NCBI RefSeq assembly: GCF_000025945.1
Contig: NC_006138.1
Span: forward strand, 840,001-872,000
DNA from: Desulfotalea psychrophila LSv54
Lineage (GTDB): Bacteria; Desulfobacterota; Desulfobulbia; Desulfobulbales; Desulfocapsaceae
Length of the DNA stretch: 32,000 nucleotides
Direction: 5' to 3'
Shown: positions 25,927-32,000 of the stretch, piece after piece
How the letters are laid out: every line of letters begins with the position of its first letter
Position numbering within the stretch: position 1 is the stretch's first letter
The notes under the pieces: model-generated
Databases searched by the model: none
What the model saw: the letters and a program-made list of their open reading frames with translations, nothing else
Told to the model about the DNA's origin: nothing
Program-made: the position numbers and the translations under genes

Positions 25927-26910
25927 ATGATTGACCTGTCAACGAGTTATTTGGGGCTTGATTTAAAGTGTCCCTTAGTTGTAGGAAGTTGTGGTTTAAC
26001 AAATTCTGTAAAAAAGATTAGGGAGATCGCCGAGGCTGGTGCCGGTGCCGTTGTTTTGAAATCTCTCTTTGAAGAGCAGATTGTGGCAGAACTGGGTCAT
26101 AATCTGGAATCCTATGAGGCGGGGTACCCGGATGCGGTGGATTATATTCGGGAGTATACTCGTGATGCCACCGTTGAAAAATATCTTGATCTTGTCTCCG
26201 CGGCAAAAAAAGCGGTGGATATTCCCGTAATAGCTTCCCTGAACTGTGTTTCTGCAAACGAGTGGACCTCCTTTGCTACCCAAATCGAAAAGGCAGGGGC
26301 CGATGCCATTGAGTTGAACATATCCCTGCTCCCCTCCGACCCGCGAATGAGCGGGGCTGAGGCTGAGAAAAAATATACAGAAATTATTGATAAGGTGGCC
26401 TCCACCGTTTCTGTCCCCCTCTCTCTCAAAATGAGCCAGTTTTCTTCTGGTCTTGCCCACCTTTTGACTCACCTTGGATGGAAACAAAACATTAATGGTT
26501 TTGTTCTTTTCAATCGGTACTATCGTCCAGATATTGATATTGATAAAATGACCATTACTTCGGCTGATATTTTTAGCAATCCAAGTGAAATGCATGAGTC
26601 TTTGCGCTGGGTTGCTCTTCTTTCTGACCGAATTGAAAAAGATTTCGTTGCCTCCACGGGGATCTATGATGGAGCGGCCCTTATCAAGCAACTGCTTGCC
26701 GGGGCAACAGCGGCTCAGATTGTCTCTGCCCTCTACAAAAATGGAATCCCTTATATTGGTGTATTACTCGAAGAACTGAAGCAGTGGATGGAAGAGAAAT
26801 CTTTTTCCCGTGTAGATGATTTTCGAGGTAAGCTTAGCTATAGCAACATTGAAAATCCGGCTGTTTTTGAGCGTACCCAGTTTATGAAATATTATGGCGG
26901 AGTTTCTTAA
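25927..26910 (+). CDS. Dihydroorotate dehydrogenase-like protein
   Basis: MIDLSTSYLGLDLKCPLVVGSCGLTNSVKKIREIAEAGAGAVVLKSLFEEQI...IPVIASLNCVSANEWTSFATQIEKAGADAIELN...; flavin TIM-barrel. Track start 25921; alternative ATG 25927. Confidence 0.88.
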   Translation: MIDLSTSYLGLDLKCPLVVGSCGLTNSVKKIREIAEAGAGAVVLKSLFEEQIVAELGHNLESYEAGYPDAVDYIREYTRDATVEKYLDLVSAAKKAVDIPVIASLNCVSANEWTSFATQIEKAGADAIELNISLLPSDPRMSGAEAEKKYTEIIDKVASTVSVPLSLKMSQFSSGLAHLLTHLGWKQNINGFVLFNRYYRPDIDIDKMTITSADIFSNPSEMHESLRWVALLSDRIEKDFVASTGIYDGAALIKQLLAGATAAQIVSALYKNGIPYIGVLLEELKQWMEEKSFSRVDDFRGKLSYSNIENPAVFERTQFMKYYGGVS

Positions 26911-27004
26911 CTCCAATGGCAGGGTAGAAAGCTGCTGTTCCATGGACTGTGTTTACTGGTTGGTTATCGCTGACTGTTAACTTCATTTATTTGATAGATA
27001 GATT

Positions 27005-28321
27005 ATGGCTTTATTGACCTTTACGAAAGGTGGTGTGCATCCCCCGGAAGCCAAAGAGCAGACTGCGGGGCTTGCAATTGAGGTTATGCCTGTACCGGAT
27101 GAGCTTGAGCTTGTGCTTGGACAGCATATTGGCGCACCCTGTACTCCGACTGTGGCTAGACGGGATCAGGTGCAAGAGGGTGGTCTTATCGGTGAGGTGA
27201 AAAAGGGGTTAGGTGTTCCTCTTCACTCTCCTGTTGCTGGTACGATTAAGGCCTTGGGCAATTCTGGACATCCGATGCGGGTTTCGACTCCCTCTGTCAC
27301 CATTACGGTGGATCACGATGTCCCGGCAAAAGAATATATTCCTCAGGATTGGCAGCAGCTTGAGGTAAGCGAACTGCTCTCCATGGTACACGATGCAGGA
27401 ATTGTCGGTATTGGCGGGGCGGGTTTTCCCTCCCATGTTAAGCTCAGTCCTCCCTCTTCAACTCCCATTGATACTTTGGTGCTTAACGGGGCAGAGTGTG
27501 AGCCCTATATTACTGCAGATCATCGTCAGATGCTTGAGCATGCTCGAGATGTTGTTGAAGGCGCGCGTATTATCTGTAAGATTCTGGGCGTTTCCAGATG
27601 CAGTGTCGGTATTGAAAGCAATAAGCCCGATGCCATTCAGGTGATGGAGCAGGAGGTGCAGGCTGTTGCAGATAGCCAACTTACCATTGAGGTATGTGCC
27701 CTTCAGGTGAAGTATCCACAGGGGTCAGAGAAGCAACTCATTCAGGCGATTACTGGACGTAAGGTGCCGGCCATGTCCCTGCCGTCTGCGGTGGGTGTGG
27801 TTGTGCATAATGTCTCTACCGCCCGAGCTATCTATCAGGCGGTGGCCCTGCAAAAGCCTCTTTACGAGAAGGTTATTACCGTTGCCGGTAAGTGTATTGA
27901 ACGCCCGGCAAATCTTCAGGTAAAACTTGGAACAAAAATTTCTGATATTGTCAATTATCTTGGAGGATTAAAACCAGGTCTAACCCGAATTATTATGGGT
28001 GGACCGATGATGGGTTTTGCCGTATCTGATCTTGATATTCCTATTACTAAAACGACCTCAGCCCTTCTCTTTTTAGCAGAGGACGAGGTGGACACTAATG
28101 AGCCAGGACCCTGTATCCGTTGTGGTTGGTGTCTTGACGCCTGTCCCATGGGACTTGAACCAAAGGAAATTGGTGTCTTTGTCGAAGCGGGTAGGGCAGA
28201 GGATACTGCTCAATTTGGCGTTTTTGACTGTTTTGAATGTGGTAGTTGTGCCTTTGTCTGTCCTATGAAACGACCGCTTGTTCAGTTTGTTCGTTTGGCC
28301 AAGATGAAGATTAAGAGATAG
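27005..28321 (+). CDS. rnfC: Rnf electron transport complex subunit C
   Basis: 438 aa: FTKGGVHPPEAKEQTAG, GIVGIGGAGFPSHVKL, NGAECEPYITADHR, two 4Fe-4S motifs CIRCGWCLDACP and CFECGSCAFVCP. Confidence 0.97.
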   Translation: MALLTFTKGGVHPPEAKEQTAGLAIEVMPVPDELELVLGQHIGAPCTPTVARRDQVQEGGLIGEVKKGLGVPLHSPVAGTIKALGNSGHPMRVSTPSVTITVDHDVPAKEYIPQDWQQLEVSELLSMVHDAGIVGIGGAGFPSHVKLSPPSSTPIDTLVLNGAECEPYITADHRQMLEHARDVVEGARIICKILGVSRCSVGIESNKPDAIQVMEQEVQAVADSQLTIEVCALQVKYPQGSEKQLIQAITGRKVPAMSLPSAVGVVVHNVSTARAIYQAVALQKPLYEKVITVAGKCIERPANLQVKLGTKISDIVNYLGGLKPGLTRIIMGGPMMGFAVSDLDIPITKTTSALLFLAEDEVDTNEPGPCIRCGWCLDACPMGLEPKEIGVFVEAGRAEDTAQFGVFDCFECGSCAFVCPMKRPLVQFVRLAKMKIKR

Positions 28322-28454
28322 ATTCTATTTTGTTACTGTGACAGAATTAAAGAGAAACCGTATTTAAAGAGAGGGAAAGATCATCGAACCGCAAGTATCC
28401 GATCAGCAGGCGGCGGGCATCCCATCACGTTGGACGGTCGCTGTTTCACCCCAT

Positions 28455-29435
28455 GTGAAAAGCCCTGAGTCTGTGGAAAAAATTATGTGGACAGTGACGG
28501 CTTGTCTTTTGCCATCACTCATCTTGTCCACCTTTGTCTTTGGAATCCAAGTTCTTTTGATTACCGCTGTTTCTGTGGCCAGTTGTGTGGCCGTTGAGGC
28601 TATAAGTCAAAAGGGTTTGGGGCGCAGAGTGTGTGTGCGTGACGGTAGCGCTGTCTTGACAGGTCTACTGATAGCCTTTGTTATCCCGCCAGGAGTGTCT
28701 CCTTTACTTCCTGCCCTGGGGGCTGTAATGGCCATATTCATTGGTAAGCATATCCTAGGAGGTTTGGGTTATAATATTTTTAACCCGGCCTTGCTCGGTC
28801 GCGCATTTTTGTTGGCAACATTTCCCGTTGCCATGACCTCTGCATGGTTGCAACCACTTGATGCAACATCAATTTTCCATTTCTTTGATTCTTCAGTGGA
28901 TGCTGTTACAACAGCCACCCCGCTTGCCGTTATGAAAGAACAGGGGATGGAGGCCTTTGTTGCTCAGTTTGGCCAGGGTGCAAGTTTATATAAGTCATTC
29001 TTTCTTGGCTGGCAACCCGGTTGTATTGGTGAAACTTCAGGCTTTTTGTTGCTGCTTGGCGGTATTTTTCTTCTCTATAGGGGATATATAACCTGGCGTA
29101 TTCCTGTCTCTGTTATTGGCTCTGTTGCCCTGTTGACTTGGGTCTTTGGTGGTGATACGCTTTTTAGCGGCGATCCCCTCTTGGCCGTGCTTACCGGTGG
29201 TGTGATGCTCGGTGCCATTTTTATGGCAACCGATTATGTGACCGGTCCAACCAATAAAATATCACAGATAGTCTATGGTATTGGTATTGGTGGACTCACC
29301 GTGCTGATTCGCCTTAAGGGTGGTTACCCCGAGGGCGTCTGTTATGCCATTCTTTTGATGAACTCCATGAGTCCTGTGCTTGATGCTTGGTTTAAGCCAA
29401 AGCGTTTTGCCTTACCAGTAGGAGGTGACAAATGA
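28455..29435 (+). CDS. rnfD: Rnf complex subunit D (true start probably upstream, at about 28380)
   Basis: MW...LLPSLILSTFVFG, TTATPLA flavinylation-type motif, GSVALLTWVFGG, FMATDYVTGPTNKISQIVYGIGIGGLTVLIRLKGGYPEGVCYAILLMNSMSPVLD. Confidence 0.94.
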   Translation: MKSPESVEKIMWTVTACLLPSLILSTFVFGIQVLLITAVSVASCVAVEAISQKGLGRRVCVRDGSAVLTGLLIAFVIPPGVSPLLPALGAVMAIFIGKHILGGLGYNIFNPALLGRAFLLATFPVAMTSAWLQPLDATSIFHFFDSSVDAVTTATPLAVMKEQGMEAFVAQFGQGASLYKSFFLGWQPGCIGETSGFLLLLGGIFLLYRGYITWRIPVSVIGSVALLTWVFGGDTLFSGDPLLAVLTGGVMLGAIFMATDYVTGPTNKISQIVYGIGIGGLTVLIRLKGGYPEGVCYAILLMNSMSPVLDAWFKPKRFALPVGGDK

Positions 29436-30328
29436 AAGATATCTTAACAATCATCTTTCGTCTGACCCTCTCCTGCATGCTTGCGGGTACGGTGATCGGC
29501 GGAACCTATATTTTCACAAAAAATGCTAAGGCCCATAATGCCCATGTGACAGAACAAAAGGTTCGTTATGCCCTTTTAGGTTATCAGAACCAGGATGCCG
29601 TTCCAGCATCTGTTGCCCTGCATACCATGTATCGCTATGTCGTTTCAGAGCCAGGTAAGCAGTATATTGGTTATCTGTTGCCGATGAAAGAGGGTGCAGA
29701 AGCCCCCTATCTTTTTTTACTGATCAGTCTTGATGGTAAGTTTGTTGAGTCATTTCCAATGAATTTAACCTCTGAGGCAGTTTTGGAGGATGGCTCGCGT
29801 GCCGAGGCTCTTGCCGCTGTTCTGGGTGCTGTTCGTCAGGCACGATTTGCTGATCAGACAACCATTGCCACGGATTCAGGCGCTCGTATGGCCTATCTCC
29901 TCGAAGGTAAATTCCAGGGATTCAAGACTTTCATTAAGGTCATGTTGGCTATCGATCCTCATAATGCCATTATGGGACTTGAGATTCTGGAGCATGAGGA
30001 AGATCCAGGTCTTGGCGCTGAAATAACTCAGGATTATTTTCGAAAGCAGTTTAACAAGAAATCTCTTGAGGTGTTGACTCACCTTGGGGTTGTTAAAGAG
30101 CCTTTGCCCGTCGAATATCAAAATGCCCTGGAGGGTCGAGTTGATCGGGCAGCGGTGGAGAGTGTCATGGATAAGTACAAGGATCATGATATTTATGCCC
30201 TTACCGGTGCGACAATCTCTAGTAATTCTGTAACAACAGGGGTGAAGGCAATTGTTCGAAAATTTGTTTATCGCCTGCGTATATTAGATGGGGTCTTAAA
30301 GGCACAGCAGCTTCAGGTTGCCTTTTAA
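29432..30328 (+). CDS. rnfG: Rnf complex subunit G (FMN-binding domain)
   Basis: 298 aa: N-terminal TM, GLEILEHEEDPGLGAEI, flavinylation motif LTGATISSNSVT. Confidence 0.94.
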   Translation: MKDILTIIFRLTLSCMLAGTVIGGTYIFTKNAKAHNAHVTEQKVRYALLGYQNQDAVPASVALHTMYRYVVSEPGKQYIGYLLPMKEGAEAPYLFLLISLDGKFVESFPMNLTSEAVLEDGSRAEALAAVLGAVRQARFADQTTIATDSGARMAYLLEGKFQGFKTFIKVMLAIDPHNAIMGLEILEHEEDPGLGAEITQDYFRKQFNKKSLEVLTHLGVVKEPLPVEYQNALEGRVDRAAVESVMDKYKDHDIYALTGATISSNSVTTGVKAIVRKFVYRLRILDGVLKAQQLQVAF

Positions 30329-30404
30329 ATTGGGATCAAGATGAAAATGATGACATTGCCCTACTGGTCGATGCCTTTAAAACATTTGAGATAGAGGGGA
30401 GTCT

Positions 30405-31025
30405 GTGGCAAATACGAAAACGAGTATGCAGTTGGTGAGTCGGGGCATACTGAGTCAAAATCCAATTTTTAAACTTGCCCTTTCCATGTGTCCTGCCGTG
30501 GGTATTTCTACCACTGTAATGAATGGCTTGCTACTTGGAATTGCTGTTTTTTTTGTGCAGGTTTGTTCCAGTGTGACTATTTCTCTTTTTAAGAATAAGA
30601 TACATCCACGTATCCGTATTCCAAGCTATACCCTGACTATTGCAACATGGGTTACGGTGATTGATCTGGTGCTTGCGGCGTACCTTCCTGATGCCTACGC
30701 CAAGATGGGAATTTTCGTCAAACTGATTGTTGCCTTCGCTATCATTACCATGCGCCTTGAGATGTTTGCCAGTAAGGAAGACGTTAAGGACTCCTTTTGG
30801 GATGGTGTCGGTATGGGACTTGGCTTTATGGTTGGTATGATGGCCATCGGCTTTGTGCGTGAGCTTTTAGGATTAGGAACCCTGTTTGGTTATGATATAT
30901 TGGGCTTTAAACCCCTGCTCTTTTTTGTTTTACCAAGCGCCGGTTTCTTTGTGGTGGGCTTGATGATGGCCTTCTTTAATTGGATTGAAATTGCCTATAA
31001 GCGTAGAAAGGGGCTACAGTCATGA
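30405..31025 (+). CDS. rnfE: Rnf complex subunit E
   Basis: 206 aa, GTG start: LSQNPIFKLALSMCPAVGISTTVMNGLLLG, RLEMFASKEDVKDSFWDGVGMGLGFMVGMMAIGFVRELLGLGTLFG. Confidence 0.94.
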   Translation: MANTKTSMQLVSRGILSQNPIFKLALSMCPAVGISTTVMNGLLLGIAVFFVQVCSSVTISLFKNKIHPRIRIPSYTLTIATWVTVIDLVLAAYLPDAYAKMGIFVKLIVAFAIITMRLEMFASKEDVKDSFWDGVGMGLGFMVGMMAIGFVRELLGLGTLFGYDILGFKPLLFFVLPSAGFFVVGLMMAFFNWIEIAYKRRKGLQS

Positions 31026-31960
31026 TGAAATTTTCATTACGTTCTTTTGTGTGTGCAGTTCTGTTGGCTCTGCTCTTGCCTGCTGTGGGTTACGGTCAAG
31101 ATCTTATAAAGGAGCAGAGCTTTGGTAAGGACGATAGCATTGTATTGGATTTTGCCCTGCCTGTAGATCAAGTAGCTGCTGCCAAGGTAAGTAACTATAC
31201 CGTCTTTGAAGAGAATGATCCTGATATTCGCCTGGCCATAAAATCGGCGGATGTTCTGCAGGGTGGATCCCAGGTTGTGTTGAACTTTGCTGAGCCACTC
31301 AATACGACACAGGCCCATATTGTCCAGATTACCAATCTGGCAGATGACAGGTTGACCACCCGGGTGAGTAAATCCTATCTTGCCTATCTCTTTTCTATTT
31401 TAATCTCGGCACTCTTGATTAATAACTTTGTCTTTACCAAATACCTCGGTCTCTGTGTATTTTTTGGTACATCAAAGCGAAAGAGTACGGCAAAGGGTAT
31501 GGGCGTAGTCTTCACCATTGTTATGGTGGTTTCAGCCTGTATGAGTTGGTTCTTCTATCAGTATTTCCTGATACCGTATGATCTCAACTTCTTACAAATT
31601 TTAGTCTTTATCGGCCTTGTTTCTCTTACTGTTCAGGCGGTTGATACAGTTCTGCGTAAGGTGAATCCTGTCCTGTTCAACTCCTTTGGAGTGTATCTTG
31701 TTCTGGTTATTGCCAACTGTGTAATTATTGCTGTTCCGCTTATTGTTGCCAATAATAACTACAATATATTTGAAACAATCATGCTCTCCCTTGGTGCTGG
31801 TGGTGGTTTCTTGTTGGCTCTTTATTTGATGAGTTCCGTAAGTGAGCGTCTTGCTCTTGCTAAGATACCGCCCAGCTTTAAGGGTTTGCCCGTAGCATTT
31901 ATTGTGGCAGGTCAGTTTGCCATGGCCTTTCTTGGCTTTTCAGGCTTACAGATTTTTTAG
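31022..31960 (+). CDS. rnfA: Rnf complex subunit A with an N-terminal signal peptide and Ig/Fn3-like periplasmic domain
   Basis: C-terminal 195 aa is canonical RnfA (LINNFVFTKYLGLCVFFGTSKR, VNPVLFNSFGVYLVLVIANCVII, AFIVAGQFAMAFLGFSGL); the first ~117 aa are extra. Overlaps rnfE by 4 bp. Confidence 0.93.
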   Translation: MMKFSLRSFVCAVLLALLLPAVGYGQDLIKEQSFGKDDSIVLDFALPVDQVAAAKVSNYTVFEENDPDIRLAIKSADVLQGGSQVVLNFAEPLNTTQAHIVQITNLADDRLTTRVSKSYLAYLFSILISALLINNFVFTKYLGLCVFFGTSKRKSTAKGMGVVFTIVMVVSACMSWFFYQYFLIPYDLNFLQILVFIGLVSLTVQAVDTVLRKVNPVLFNSFGVYLVLVIANCVIIAVPLIVANNNYNIFETIMLSLGAGGGFLLALYLMSSVSERLALAKIPPSFKGLPVAFIVAGQFAMAFLGFSGLQIF

Positions 31961-32000
31961 TGGCATCGGCTGTAATGAGGCAGGGAAAGCTGAGCTGATT

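Noticed and set aside
25996-26691. 231-aa minus-strand ORF opposite the DHODH-like gene
   Set aside because: Antisense shadow ORF of a clearly coding plus-strand gene; no recognisable motifs.
1-32000. CRISPR arrays, toxin-antitoxin, prophage or transposon signatures
   Set aside because: No regularly spaced direct repeats, transposase/integrase motifs, tRNA-anchored insertions or defence-gene motifs were seen in any substantial ORF.

Overview
A 32 kb chromosomal window whose gene content resembles a Desulfotalea-like marine/psychrophilic Desulfobacterota (taxon is an inference). Most of it is core metabolism. In order: (i) a TRAP-TAXI transporter (fused permease and solute-binding protein, minus strand); (ii) def, fmt, larC, pgpA; (iii) a two-component pair resembling the 'proteobacterial dedicated sortase system' RR/HK (PdsR/PdsS-like), with a stand-alone Lrp/AsnC ligand-binding-domain protein between the two genes and a degenerate HsdR-N-like protein after them; (iv) class II DAHP synthase and a DegP/HtrA protease; (v) a nickel ECF-type transporter nikMLKQO (minus strand) with a strong NikR-like palindrome; (vi) a flavin reductase-like protein and trmO; (vii) lptC-kdsC-kdsA-pyrG (minus strand); (viii) a DASS-family transporter followed by a 455-bp tandem duplication of its 3' end; (ix) a dihydroorotate dehydrogenase-like protein and an rnfCDGEA operon running off the right edge. 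I see no CRISPR array, defence island, transposase, tRNA or rRNA. The best leads are: an RnfA with an N-terminal signal peptide plus Ig/Fn3-like periplasmic domain; an RnfE lacking the second membrane Cys ligand of the RnfA/E [2Fe-2S] cluster; an rnfD whose conserved N-terminus lies upstream of any canonical start codon; the tandem 3'-end duplication; and the dedicated-sortase regulatory pair with no visible sortase.
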